NCBI GenBank assembly: GCA_035528795.1
Contig: DATKXY010000046.1
Location: 2,499 to 66,498, forward strand
Origin: an archaeon
GTDB lineage: Bacteria; Gemmatimonadota; Glassbacteria; GWA2-58-10
Direction: 5' to 3'
Length of the DNA stretch: 64,000 bases
Part shown: positions 28,848 to 39,414 of the stretch, in pieces
Numbering within the stretch: position 1 is the stretch's first letter
Layout: each line of letters begins with the position of its first letter
Notes under the pieces: model-generated
The model's input: only the letters and a program-made list of their open reading frames with translations
What the model was told of the DNA's origin: nothing
The model's database searches: none
Made by a program: the position numbers and the translations under genes

Positions 28848-30959
28848 TCAGTGCGAGTAAATTGAAGGTTTGTGGACGTAGCAATCCTCGTTATCAGAGG
28901 GTTCTGTGCCGAGCTTGAAGATTTCCGTGTAGATCAGTTCGGGTGGACAGAACGGGGTGGCCAGGAGCCCTGAGGATTTGCAAATCAGACGGGTGGTGAG
29001 CCCATCCGGCGGGCTTTCGAAATCGTGCACCTCGAGTTTCTCGTAGGCCGCTTTCATAAACTCCGCCCAGATAGGAAGCGCAAGCACGCTGCCGGTTCCC
29101 TGGTTGACTATTCTCTTGGGCTGGTCGAATCCCACCCAGACCCCGCAGACCAGATCTGGAGTAAAGCCCACGAACCAGGCATCGGTGTAGTCATTGGTGG
29201 TTCCTGTCTTACCGCCTGCAGGAATGGAAAAACCCAGCGAGCGCGCGGCGATCCCGGTGCCGTGATCCACTACATCGCGCAGCATGCTGAGCACTATGAA
29301 GGATGTCTGGGGACTCAGTACCTCTTCCCGGCTCGGCATGTACTTGCGCAGCGGGTTCCCGTTACTGTCGCGGATTTCAGTAATGGCCAGGGGCTCGACT
29401 TTGACTCCCAGGTTGGGAAAAACCGTGAAGGCGGTTATGAGCTCTATCGGATACACATCCGCGCTGCCCACAGCAATCGACTCGACATTCGGGATCGGAG
29501 TACTGATCCCCATGCGCCTTGCGTAAGCGCCTACTGTTTCGGCACCTACAGTCATCAGGGTCTTGATCGCCACCAGGTTGATCGAGCGGGTCAAACCGGT
29601 GCGAATGGTCACCGGCCCCAGAAAATCACCGGTATAGTTGGATGGCCGCCAGATCGTGCCATCCGCCTGGTTGATCGAAATGGGCGAATCCTCCACTACC
29701 TGGCTGGCCGGGATACCATTGTCAATCGCCGCGGTATAGACAAACGGTTTGAATGCGCTGCCCGGCTGGCGCACTGCCTGTACAGTCCGGTTAAATTTGC
29801 TCTCCCAGTAGTTCCTGCCGCCGATCATGGCCTTGATATGCCCGTTTTTCGGATTCATGGCTAAAAGCGCGGACTGCAGATACAGGGTATTGAACTTCTC
29901 CTCTGTGGAGAGCGAGTCTTTACCGATAATCTCCTTGCGGGTCCGGTAGTGGAAAGGCCGGATCCTGCCCGCTTCTATGGTCTCGACGTACGTTTCCACA
30001 GCCCTCTCCGCCGCTTTCTGCATGCGTACATCCAGAGTCGTGTACACCTGCAGGCCGAGCCGGTAAAGTTCTTCTTCCGTGTAGTCCTTGAGAAGCTGCT
30101 GCTTGACGTACTCGATGAAATATGGGGCGATCCAGCCCCTGTTTTTCTGCGGGTTGAGCTTTATGGGCAGCGCCTTGATCGAATCGGCGGTCTGAGGTCT
30201 GGTAAAGCCTGTTTCCACCATGGAGGCGAGGACCAAGTTGCGACGGTCCAGCGCGTTTTGCATTTTAACCAGAGGGCTGTTGCGGCTTGGCGCATTGGGC
30301 AGTCCGGCAAGAACCGCGCATTCAGCCAGGTCGAGCTCGCTCACTTTTTTGCCGAAATAAGTCCGGGCGGCCTCCTCGATACCCCAGGCCCCGCTGCCGA
30401 AATAAATCTGGTTGAAATAGCGCTCCAGAATCTCGTCCTTGGTATAGGTGCTCTCGATTTCCCAGGCGAGGATCGCTTCGCGTATCTTGCGGGTGTAAGT
30501 CTTTTCGCGGGTCAGGAAAAGCTCGCGAGCCAACTGCTGGGTAATGGTGGAGCCTCCCTGGACGATTTTCCCGGTGACCTGGTTGGTATAGAAGGCGCGG
30601 ATAATACCCCAGAGGTCGATACCCCAGTGCGAATAGAACTTGCGGTCCTCCACCGCGAGCAGAGCCTGCTTCAGCTCGGAAGGAATCTGATCCAGCGGCA
30701 CCGGTACCCGGCGCTCGGTGTACAGTTCGGCTATCAGGGTGCTGTCTGATGAAAAGAGGCGGGTCACCAGATTGGGCGGATCAAGCTCCATTTTGGCAAT
30801 CGAAGGAAGCTCGGATCTGAAGTATTTGAAAAGCTCGTAACCCATGCCGATGGAAAAGAAAACCGTACTCGTGACTACGAGCAGGGTCACCTTGACCAGA
30901 CTCCTGAATACCGGTCTCTGGTCCGCTCTGGGTTTATTTTTACCGCTCTGGGTTGCCAT
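28848..30959 (-). CDS. mrcA: class A penicillin-binding protein 1A (transglycosylase/transpeptidase)
   Basis: GT51 motifs (EDRKFYSHWGID, RKIREAILAWEIE), transpeptidase SxxK (SAFKPF), SxN, KTGT; ATG 30957-30959 with GAGG SD preferred over TTG 31019. Confidence 0.85.
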   Translation of the reverse strand: MATQSGKNKPRADQRPVFRSLVKVTLLVVTSTVFFSIGMGYELFKYFRSELPSIAKMELDPPNLVTRLFSSDSTLIAELYTERRVPVPLDQIPSELKQALLAVEDRKFYSHWGIDLWGIIRAFYTNQVTGKIVQGGSTITQQLARELFLTREKTYTRKIREAILAWEIESTYTKDEILERYFNQIYFGSGAWGIEEAARTYFGKKVSELDLAECAVLAGLPNAPSRNSPLVKMQNALDRRNLVLASMVETGFTRPQTADSIKALPIKLNPQKNRGWIAPYFIEYVKQQLLKDYTEEELYRLGLQVYTTLDVRMQKAAERAVETYVETIEAGRIRPFHYRTRKEIIGKDSLSTEEKFNTLYLQSALLAMNPKNGHIKAMIGGRNYWESKFNRTVQAVRQPGSAFKPFVYTAAIDNGIPASQVVEDSPISINQADGTIWRPSNYTGDFLGPVTIRTGLTRSINLVAIKTLMTVGAETVGAYARRMGISTPIPNVESIAVGSADVYPIELITAFTVFPNLGVKVEPLAITEIRDSNGNPLRKYMPSREEVLSPQTSFIVLSMLRDVVDHGTGIAARSLGFSIPAGGKTGTTNDYTDAWFVGFTPDLVCGVWVGFDQPKRIVNQGTGSVLALPIWAEFMKAAYEKLEVHDFESPPDGLTTRLICKSSGLLATPFCPPELIYTEIFKLGTEPSDNEDCYVHKPSIYSH

Positions 30960-31147
30960 TGAACCTCGCCTGGAAAATTCTTCAGATAGGAAAATAAACC
31001 TTGAAGCCGATTCTGGCAAGCTCTCAGCTAATAGTCCGAATCTTAATAAATGGCTTGCGTTTTATAGGAATATTGGTTATTGAATTCTGTCTTTTAATTT
31101 GCCGGACCGGTCTTGAATGAAAAACGACATGAGACAAAGGAGCGGAC

Positions 31148-32375
31148 CATGGCATTCCCCCCGCTCAATGAACAGATGGACATAATCCGCCGGGGCACGG
31201 TGGAAATTATCTCCGAAGAGGAACTCGAACACAAAATTAAGCATTCGTGTAATACCGGCAAGCCGCTCACTGTCAAGCAGGGTTTCGATCCCACGGCGCC
31301 GGATCTGCATCTCGGGCATACGGTTTCCCTGCAGAAGCTGCACGATTTCCAGGCTCTCGGCCACAAGGTGGTTTTTCTGGTCGGCGATTTCACCGGTATG
31401 ATCGGCGATCCCAGCGGCCGTACCGAGACAAGGAAGCGCATGACCAGAGAAGAGGTGCTTAAAAACGCCGAGACTTACAAGGAACAGGTCTTCAAGATCC
31501 TTGATCGAGACCTTACAGTGGTGGATTTTAACAGTCGCTGGCTCGCTTCGCTGGGTGTGGAGGGAGTCCTGCACTTGTGCGGCCTGTATACAGTGGCGCG
31601 CATGCTCGAACGCGATGATTTTGCCATGCGATACTCCGAAGGCAAGCCGATTTCCATCCTCGAATTCCTCTATCCACTTTTCCAGGGATATGACTCGGTG
31701 GCCTTGCGGTCGGATGTGGAGCTCGGGGGCACAGATCAGAAATTCAACCTGCTGGTCGGCCGGGAACTTCAGCGGCACTGGAAACAGGAGCCGCAGGTGG
31801 TGGTGACCATGCCCTTGCTCGTCGGCCCGGATGGAGTGCACAAAATGTCGAAAAGCCTGGACAACTATATCGGGATAACCGACCCGGCCCGGGAAATGTA
31901 CGGCAAGATCATGTCCATTCCGGATGAACTTATTTACACATATTTCGAGCTGGTCTCCGCTGTCCCGCTCGACAGTCTCAAAGAAATAAAAGCGCAGCTC
32001 GAATCGGCTTCTGCCAATGCCCGCGATATGAAACACGAGCTGGCACTTGTGGTTACTGCCCTTTATCACGGTGACCAGGCAGCAGCCCAGGCCAGAGAGC
32101 ATTTCGAGCGGGTGTTTGTGCGCAAGGACAAGCCGGAACAGGTACCTGAATTCAGGTTCCCTGCCAGCGGGGAGCCGGTGTGGCTTGCGGGTCTGTTGCG
32201 GGAAATGGGCCTGGTGAAAAGCTCGAGTGAAGCCAACCGCCTGATCTGTCAGGGAGCGGTTTTCGTGAATGACCAGCGGGTTCGGGATACGGACCACAAG
32301 CTCGAGCCACAGGGAGAAGCGTTCCTGCGTGTAGGCAAGAGACGTTTCGCCAGGGTAATTTTCGTTAAAAGGTAA
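31148..32375 (+). CDS. tyrS: tyrosine--tRNA ligase
   Basis: HIGH-type HLGH and KMSKS motifs, C-terminal S4-like domain; AGGAG SD before ATG 31148. Confidence 0.9.
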
Positions 32376-32377
32376 AA

Positions 32378-33145
32378 ATGAGGGCCAGGCCTCTGCAGAC
32401 AGGCATAATCTACGGCCCGGTAAACTCAAGGCGACTGGGCCGCTCACTGGGCGTGAATATCCTGCCCACAAGGCATAAAGTCTGCTCGTTCGACTGCCTC
32501 TATTGCCAGTACGGCTGGACCGCCAGCCAGTCCAGCCGCACCGCGCTGGAAAAACTCAAGCTCCCCGGTGTTCGCGAGGTGGAAAAAGCGCTCACGGATG
32601 CACTCCCCTCAATCTCGAACCTCGATGCGATCACCCTGGCAGGCAACGGCGAGCCCAGCCTCCATCCTTCATTCACCGAAATCGCGCAAACCGCAGCCAG
32701 GCTCAGGGACCGCTATCAGCCCAAGGTCCCGGTGTGTATCCTTTCCAATTCCTCGACCATTGATGACCCAAGGGTCCAGGCGGCTTTCGAGTATATCGAC
32801 CGGAAGATCATGAAGCTCGATGTCGGCACCCAGGCTACATTTCAAAAGGTTAACAGGCCCGGAAAGGAGATCACTCTGGAAAAGATTGTCCAGGGCCTGG
32901 CCCGGATAAAACCTGTCGAGATCCAGACACTTTTTTTCGAGGGTCCGGTGAGCAATGCGCTGCCTGAGGAAGTGGAGGCCTGGATCGGACAACTGGCCAG
33001 AATCAATCCCGCTGCCGTGCAGGTTTACACTCTGGACCGGATCCCTGCTGACAAGGCCTTGCGTCCCTTAAGCGCCGGTAAGCTGGAGAAGATTGCCGGC
33101 GAGGTTCGCACCAGGCTTCCCGGTGTAAAAGTGCAGGTATACTGA
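32378..33145 (+). CDS. small radical SAM domain protein
   Basis: Cx3Cx2C (CSFDCLYC) 4Fe-4S/SAM motif; 255 aa; 2 nt after tyrS stop. Confidence 0.65.
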   Translation: MRARPLQTGIIYGPVNSRRLGRSLGVNILPTRHKVCSFDCLYCQYGWTASQSSRTALEKLKLPGVREVEKALTDALPSISNLDAITLAGNGEPSLHPSFTEIAQTAARLRDRYQPKVPVCILSNSSTIDDPRVQAAFEYIDRKIMKLDVGTQATFQKVNRPGKEITLEKIVQGLARIKPVEIQTLFFEGPVSNALPEEVEAWIGQLARINPAAVQVYTLDRIPADKALRPLSAGKLEKIAGEVRTRLPGVKVQVY

Positions 33146-33177
33146 TCTGTCACTGGCAGTTTCCCATTTCAATATAA

Positions 33178-34437
33178 ATGGAGGTTTCAATGGCCAAACT
33201 GGCATTAAAAGGCGGAAATCCGGTCCGGAGCTCCCCCTACCCCGCCTGGCCTTACTGGGACGATAAGGAACTGGAGGCTGTTCGAGGGGTAATCGAAAGC
33301 GGCAGGTGGGGCATGGCCCAGGGGGACAGGGTGAAAGAGCTGGAAAAAAGGTTCGCCGCTTACCAGGATGCCTCATTCGGGATCGCCGTATCAAGCGGTA
33401 CCAATGCCCTGCGGGCTGCCCTTCTCGCCGCAGAGATCCAAACCGGCGCCGAGGTGATCATGCCCGCCTACACCTTTGTAGCCACGGCTACCGCGGTGCT
33501 CGAGTCCAATGCTGTCCCGGTGTTCGCGGATATCGATCCGGAAACCTATAATATCAGTCCCGAGTCTGTGGAACAGGTGATCACGGATAAGACCTGGGGC
33601 ATCATGCCGGTTCATCTGGCTGGCCTGCCCGCTGATATGGACCGCCTGAACAGCCTGGCCGCCAGACATGGGCTGGTGGTGATCGAGGACGCGTGCCAGG
33701 CCTGGGGCAGTCAGTACAAGGGCAGGGAGGTCTGCGCCCTGGGAAAGGCCGGGGCGTTCAGTTTCCAGAGCTCCAAGCACCTTACTGCAGGCGAGGGGGG
33801 GATGGTGGTTACAAATGACCCGGATTTTTCCGAGCGCTGCCATTCTTTTGTCAACTGCGGCAGGAGAACAGGCGGTGCCTGGCACGAGCATGTCCGGCTC
33901 GGGGGCAACTACCGCCTGACCGAACTTCAGGCCGCTGTGGTGCTGGTCCAGCTTGAGCGCTACCCGGAGATGATCGCTCGCCGCCAGGCAGGGGCAAAGT
34001 TCCTGAGAGAGAGACTGGCCCTGATCGATGGGATAAAGCCGATCGCGCTGCCTGATTATGTGACCTCGACAAGCTGCCACCTTTTCATGCTGCGGTATGA
34101 GAGCGGCGCTTTCGGCGGGCTGCCCAAGGCAATCTTTATCAAAGCCCTCAATGCAGAGGGCATCCGGCCGGCCCACGGGGGCTATTATATCCCGTTGTTC
34201 AAGCAGCCCTTGCTGCTCGAGAAGAATCTAGGCCCCTATGACCTGATCACGCGCCACGAATTCCGCGGGCAGGTTATCGACTATTCGGATTTCGACTGCC
34301 CGGTGACCGAGCGGGCCTGCGAGAGCGAGGCTGTCTGGCTGCTGCAGAACCTCCTGCTGGCCGACCGCGAGGGCCTTGAAGACATTGTCCGGGCGTTCGA
34401 GAAACTGCGCGAGAATTACCATGAGCTTCTGGAGTAA
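33178..34437 (+). CDS. DegT/DnrJ/EryC1/StrS-family PLP-dependent (sugar) aminotransferase
   Basis: fold-type I signature with PLP-Lys (FQSSKHLTAGEGG); 419 aa. Confidence 0.85.
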   Translation: MEVSMAKLALKGGNPVRSSPYPAWPYWDDKELEAVRGVIESGRWGMAQGDRVKELEKRFAAYQDASFGIAVSSGTNALRAALLAAEIQTGAEVIMPAYTFVATATAVLESNAVPVFADIDPETYNISPESVEQVITDKTWGIMPVHLAGLPADMDRLNSLAARHGLVVIEDACQAWGSQYKGREVCALGKAGAFSFQSSKHLTAGEGGMVVTNDPDFSERCHSFVNCGRRTGGAWHEHVRLGGNYRLTELQAAVVLVQLERYPEMIARRQAGAKFLRERLALIDGIKPIALPDYVTSTSCHLFMLRYESGAFGGLPKAIFIKALNAEGIRPAHGGYYIPLFKQPLLLEKNLGPYDLITRHEFRGQVIDYSDFDCPVTERACESEAVWLLQNLLLADREGLEDIVRAFEKLRENYHELLE

Positions 34438-34446
34438 CTTTAAACC

Positions 34447-35763
34447 ATGGTCCGCTTCAGCTACTCTCAGGCGGTGCAAACTCTTTACAGCCTGAAGCGT
34501 TTCGGAGTAAAGCTTGGCCTCTCGAACATCCGCGCCTTTCTCGACCGCCTCGGCAATCCCCAGGAAAGTTTTTTATCCTGCCACATAGCCGGCACTAACG
34601 GCAAAGGGACCTGTGCGGCGGTGTGTGAAGCCATGCTCAGAGCCCACGGCGCAACGAGCGGCCTCTATACAAGTCCGCACCTGGCCTCCATGGGCGAGAG
34701 GGTCAAGGTATGCGGACAACCCGTGCCCGAGGAATTTATCGCCTCCTGGGTCAGCAGGCATTACAGTTATATCAACGGGCAGCGGATAACTTTTTTCGAA
34801 GCGGTCACGGCCCTGGCTTTTGATTATTTCCACGAGCGGGGGGTGGAGGTCGCCGCAGTGGAGGTGGGCCTCGGCGGCAGGCTGGATGCCACCAATGTGA
34901 TCGACTCGAAGCTCTCGGTGATCACCTCGATCAGCCTCGAGCATACAAAATATCTCGGCGCCAGTCTGCAACAGATCGCAAGGGAGAAAGCCGCGATTGC
35001 AAAGCCCGGTGTGCCATTGCTTTGCGGGGAGAGGCGCAGCAGGGTCCTCGAGGTTATCGCCTCGGTTTGCTCACAAGCCCGAAGCCCTCTGTTACTCTTT
35101 GATGACGCGGTGCGGATCAGGCGGACAGGACTCGAGCAAGAGGGCCTGATTTTCAGCTACCGCGGCCCCGGCCTGGAACTGGACAGGGCCAGGGTGGCGC
35201 TTTACGGCAGCCACCAGTTGAGAAATGTCGGCCTGGGAGTGTGGGCCGCAGGGTTCATGCTGGCCGGGTCAGGCTTGAAAATGGATCAATCCGCGACACG
35301 CAGCGCCCTGGAGAGCCTTGACTGGCCGGGCCGCTTCCAAAGATTGAGGCTTGAAAAGGGGACAGAGCTTGTGCTCGATGTGGCCCACAATCCATCCGCA
35401 GCAGCCAGGCTGGTCCATGTTTTCAGGCGCCTCTACGGTGCAGGGAAAGCCGTGGCTGTAGTCGCCCTGGCCGGGGACAAAGACTTTGCCAGGTTCCTGG
35501 GCCATTTGCTCAAAATAGCGGACCTGTTTATCTTCCCAGTGGTCGATTTTTCCCTGGGGGACAGACGTGTTTCAGGAGTGAGTCCCCGGAAGCTGAGAAA
35601 ATACCTGAGGGAAATCTCAAAAGGGACAGAGGTTCTCGATGCGGCCGGGATGAAGGAGGCTCTGGAGCTTGCGCAAAAACTCTCCGGCGGCAGGCCCGTG
35701 CTGGTGACCGGATCGTTCCGCACTGTCGGCGAGGCCATGCGGGTGCTGGGGATTAAGACCTGA
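34447..35763 (+). CDS. folC: folylpolyglutamate synthase / dihydrofolate synthase
   Basis: Mur-ligase P-loop HIAGTNGKGT and FolC-like core; 438 aa. Confidence 0.85.
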   Translation: MVRFSYSQAVQTLYSLKRFGVKLGLSNIRAFLDRLGNPQESFLSCHIAGTNGKGTCAAVCEAMLRAHGATSGLYTSPHLASMGERVKVCGQPVPEEFIASWVSRHYSYINGQRITFFEAVTALAFDYFHERGVEVAAVEVGLGGRLDATNVIDSKLSVITSISLEHTKYLGASLQQIAREKAAIAKPGVPLLCGERRSRVLEVIASVCSQARSPLLLFDDAVRIRRTGLEQEGLIFSYRGPGLELDRARVALYGSHQLRNVGLGVWAAGFMLAGSGLKMDQSATRSALESLDWPGRFQRLRLEKGTELVLDVAHNPSAAARLVHVFRRLYGAGKAVAVVALAGDKDFARFLGHLLKIADLFIFPVVDFSLGDRRVSGVSPRKLRKYLREISKGTEVLDAAGMKEALELAQKLSGGRPVLVTGSFRTVGEAMRVLGIKT

Positions 35764-36047
35764 GCTCCGCGCCAGGCTGGAGACTGCAACAATAAGTGAC
35801 ATTCCTGTAAAAAAAGAGAAATCACAGAAGCGATGAGTAATGAGTGATCACTGCAAGAAAATTTAGCCGCCTTCTTAAAGAAGCTGACTAAAAAGGCTTG
35901 AGTTACACTTGAACAGGCTATAAAACATGAATAGGTTGGACAAAAAAGACTCAACCATGTAAATCATACTTGTCACTGCATTAGAACCTTGAGACTAAAC
36001 AGTTATCTCGAGTTGCCAATGAAACGGAATTTTTCTTTTGCGAGGCT

Positions 36048-38288
36048 GTGTTGGAGGGATTGAGCCTTGAATTTCAGGGAGCGAGAACCTGGCTCCTTCT
36101 GGGACTGCCGGTTATTGCCCTAATGGTTGTCTGGTGGACCTATCACAGGACCTATCCGCCGGTTGAGAGATGGTACCGCTGGCTGCTTCTCACCCTTCGC
36201 TCGGCAGTGGTCGTGCTGGTGGGGCTTCTGGTTTTCGAGCCGGTTCTTAAAGTATCCAGGCATCTGGTAAGGCCTGAGCGGGTAGCGGTTCTTCTGGACA
36301 GATCAGCCAGCATGCTCCTTCCGGCTGACGGGAGGGGAGGTGACGGGTCCCCCTCGAGGCTGGACAGGATGCGTGAGCTGGTACATGGCGCACAAGGGGA
36401 AAACCGGCTCAGCCTGTTCAGTTTCGGCGCGGAGCTTAAAAGCCTCGAGCTCCCGGACAGTCTGGAGCAAGGGGTGGAGGACCGCACCAACCTCGCAACC
36501 GCGCTCGATGAGCTAAGGCTGCGTGGGGCGAAGGACTGGGACAGGATTTACGTGATCTCGGACGGTTGTATTAACGCCGGAGCTGATCCGGTATATTCAG
36601 CGGAAGGGCTTGCGCCGTTAGAAGCTGTGGTCGTGGGCGCTGCTCCCCAGGTCCCTGATCTCGGGTTGTCGAGTCTCGAGCAGAGCCGGCCGGCTTTTGC
36701 AGGCGGAAAGATCGATCTCGAGTTCTCCGTGGCTGTGTACTTGCCAGAATCAGGGGATAAGAACTATCCACAGGGTTCGGTTTGTGACTTTTTCCTTGAC
36801 AGTCGAAAAATCGGCGAGGAGCGGATCGAGCTCGGGGCCGGGCCTGCCCGATTCGTCGCCCGGACAGTAAGCCTGCCTGCACCGGATGCAGGTGTCTACT
36901 GGCTGCGGGCTATTATCAGACGGCTGGAAGGAGAGTGGACTACCCTGAACAACGAGCGGCTGATCAAGGTGCAGGTTTCCAGGTCCAAACGCAAAATGCT
37001 CCTGGTCAGTAATTCACCGGACTGGGATTTCACCTTCCTGCGGCGTCTACTGTCGCTCAATGATGACTGGGATGCTGGAGCTCTCCTGGTTTTAAAATCA
37101 GAGGATGGAAGAGATTTTATCCGGGGCCAGGACAGTGCGGGCCGGTTCTCGGTCCGCAGTCTGCCGGGCCCTGCAGAGCTTGAGGATGTGGAGCTGGTTT
37201 TGCTCCATGGAGAGCTGGGCCGTTTCGGGCGCTCCTTTCTGATCAGTCTGGCAGAGAGGGCGAAAGGCGGAGGATTTGCTCTGGTTTTCTGGCCTGCAGG
37301 TGAGCTGAACACCGGCAAGCTGCCTGAGGAGCTGTCCGGATATCTCCCTTTCTCGGACAGGCAGGCTACCCTGGTGCAGCTGAAGGCCCCGGATGTGCCC
37401 TCTGTGCTTTTCACCCTGGACCGCTACAATATCCTTACCGGCCTGGGCCAGGGGAGTCAATTCGCAGATCTTCCCCCGGTCGAGTGGGTGTACCGGAGCC
37501 TGCCGCTTAAATATTCCGTGGCGGTGCTCGCCCGCACAGGAGGAAGCGCTGCCCCAGGCGGGCAGGCAGAGGAGAAGGGAGAAGTTCTGTTGACCGCCTA
37601 TCCTGTGGGAGGGACTCATGTAGCCACTGTGCTCGCCCAGGGTCTTTGGCGCTGGCACATGCTTAGCCAGGACGCCTCTGACCGCAGGGATAAGCGCTAC
37701 CACCGTTTCTGGGAAGCCCTCACGGAATGGCTGCTGTCCGGGGAAAAAGGCGAAGAGCTTGTGCTCAGACCCCGGCGGAATGTTTTCCAGCGCGGTGAAA
37801 AAGTGGTTCTTGAAGGAGCGGTAGCAGTAAAAGAAGCAGCCGGTCAACAGAAAGATTCAATAACTGTAACAGTGTGGAAAGAGAATGAAAAAGGCGAAAG
37901 AGATACAGTGACACTGGTAAGCCTCCGGCCAGAGGAAGGCCGCCTGAGTGCCGAACCAGGGCTTTTGCCCCCTGGAGTATACAGTTACCAGGGAATCTTG
38001 CACTCCGCCGACTCTCCACAAATTGCCGGAGGTGTTTTTGCGGTGGAAGGCTACAGCCCGGAGATGGCTCTAGTTGCGCCTGACACCTCTATTCTCGCCA
38101 GACTTGCCCGGACAAGCGGAGGAAAAATTGACGCAGACCTCACAGGCCAGGCACAAATAACCGCCGGAGATAAGGAGGAGATTGTCGGAACCTCCTCCAG
38201 GCTCGCTTTCAGCGTGTTGATCTATTTCTTCCTGATCTTCCTTCTTGCCGCCGAATGGACTTTGCGCAAGATAAAGGCTCTGCCCTGA
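36048..38288 (+). CDS. BatA-like membrane protein with N-terminal double-TM anchor, VWA-like domain and C-terminal TM
   Basis: N-terminal two-helix anchor, VAVLLDRSASM VWA-like metal-site start, C-terminal helix; GTG start. Confidence 0.5.
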   Translation: MLEGLSLEFQGARTWLLLGLPVIALMVVWWTYHRTYPPVERWYRWLLLTLRSAVVVLVGLLVFEPVLKVSRHLVRPERVAVLLDRSASMLLPADGRGGDGSPSRLDRMRELVHGAQGENRLSLFSFGAELKSLELPDSLEQGVEDRTNLATALDELRLRGAKDWDRIYVISDGCINAGADPVYSAEGLAPLEAVVVGAAPQVPDLGLSSLEQSRPAFAGGKIDLEFSVAVYLPESGDKNYPQGSVCDFFLDSRKIGEERIELGAGPARFVARTVSLPAPDAGVYWLRAIIRRLEGEWTTLNNERLIKVQVSRSKRKMLLVSNSPDWDFTFLRRLLSLNDDWDAGALLVLKSEDGRDFIRGQDSAGRFSVRSLPGPAELEDVELVLLHGELGRFGRSFLISLAERAKGGGFALVFWPAGELNTGKLPEELSGYLPFSDRQATLVQLKAPDVPSVLFTLDRYNILTGLGQGSQFADLPPVEWVYRSLPLKYSVAVLARTGGSAAPGGQAEEKGEVLLTAYPVGGTHVATVLAQGLWRWHMLSQDASDRRDKRYHRFWEALTEWLLSGEKGEELVLRPRRNVFQRGEKVVLEGAVAVKEAAGQQKDSITVTVWKENEKGERDTVTLVSLRPEEGRLSAEPGLLPPGVYSYQGILHSADSPQIAGGVFAVEGYSPEMALVAPDTSILARLARTSGGKIDADLTGQAQITAGDKEEIVGTSSRLAFSVLIYFFLIFLLAAEWTLRKIKALP

Positions 38289-38808
38289 GAGTTTGTGCGG
38301 CACTCATCTTCTCTGCCCCCGCTGTCAATCAATAATACCAGCCATTTACATGAAAATCCTTAGTTTATCCCATTCGATCTGAACTTGAAGACCTTACTGT
38401 TTAATATCTTATTTGCAGGATAGGCTGTATCATAGACTTTGTGCCTGTGCCTCTGCCCCTTTACACCTTCAGCTTGGATTACCGTGAAATTTTAATGTTC
38501 CGTTGTGTCCGTATACGGAGATGAGTGTTTGTTATTAAATGTTGACAACTTTCTTAGCCTGCAATATTTTGAGAGTTCCATACATAAAAGATTTTGCTTC
38601 CGGCGTATCCCTAAGCGATACTGACACAAGATTCAAAAGCGATATTAAACGGGGGGTTGCCTGTTAGATCCTATTCCATTTACGGAATGCCGATAATTCG
38701 GCTGGCAGTGCGCTGCTTGCCTCGAGTGAGGCGAGATTGCGATGATCGCAAGAAGGGAACTTCGAGAAGCCTGCATCCATTTGACTTTTAGCAGAGGTAG
38801 ATCTAAAG

Positions 38809-39315
38809 ATGAGAGAAAATCGCAGTCAGGACATCCAGTTGATCAAACTTGCCATACAGGTTGAAAAGGATGGGCTTCATTTCCTGGATCGTTTTGTTGA
38901 AAAATCAGGCGGAAATGCACTTGCTGCGTTTTTTCAGCAGTTTAAAGAGGAGGCTCAAGCCAACCTGGAATCCTTTGAAGATTTGCTGGGTTCGCTTGAA
39001 TCAGCTCAGAGTACGGAAAACATCGAGGAGATTTCTCTCGATGACTATGTCAAGGAGCTGCAAAAAACCAGAAGCGAAAAGTTCTATCCGGCCAGCAAAG
39101 TGTCTGAACTGTTTGACCGTTTTTTCAACCCGATCCGCATTCTGGCTTATTACGCCAGTACTTTGGATGAGCTGGCCGACTTTTATTCATCCAGCGCAAG
39201 CAACATTTTCTACGAAAAAGAAAAAAAGGTTTTTCTCAGTGTAGCTTCCAGGAAAAAGGACCAGTCTGACGATTTAAATAAGAAGAAAAGGGAGATTATC
39301 TCCCGCTTCCCCTGA
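38809..39315 (+). CDS. hypothetical protein
   Basis: 168-aa ORF preceded by 520-nt non-coding region; no recognised motif. Confidence 0.35.
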   Translation: MRENRSQDIQLIKLAIQVEKDGLHFLDRFVEKSGGNALAAFFQQFKEEAQANLESFEDLLGSLESAQSTENIEEISLDDYVKELQKTRSEKFYPASKVSELFDRFFNPIRILAYYASTLDELADFYSSSASNIFYEKEKKVFLSVASRKKDQSDDLNKKKREIISRFP

Positions 39316-39349
39316 GCGAAAAAGCTCATTTATCAAGCCTCTTATCGAT

Positions 39350-39388
39350 ACGCCCCCCAAGTCCGCTGCCGGGGGGCGTAGGCTTTTA
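39350..39388 (+). terminator. candidate rho-independent terminator
   Basis: 9-bp GC stem ACGCCCCCC/GGGGGGCGT with 12-nt loop, then T-run 4 nt downstream. Confidence 0.35.
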
Positions 39389-39414
39389 GAGAAAGGAACC
39401 CGTGGAGGAACAAA

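Noticed and set aside
31077-32471. 464-aa minus-strand ORF overlapping tyrS
   Set aside because: It is antisense to tyrS, which has clear HIGH/KMSKS motifs. The translation is His/Arg-rich with no recognisable domain.
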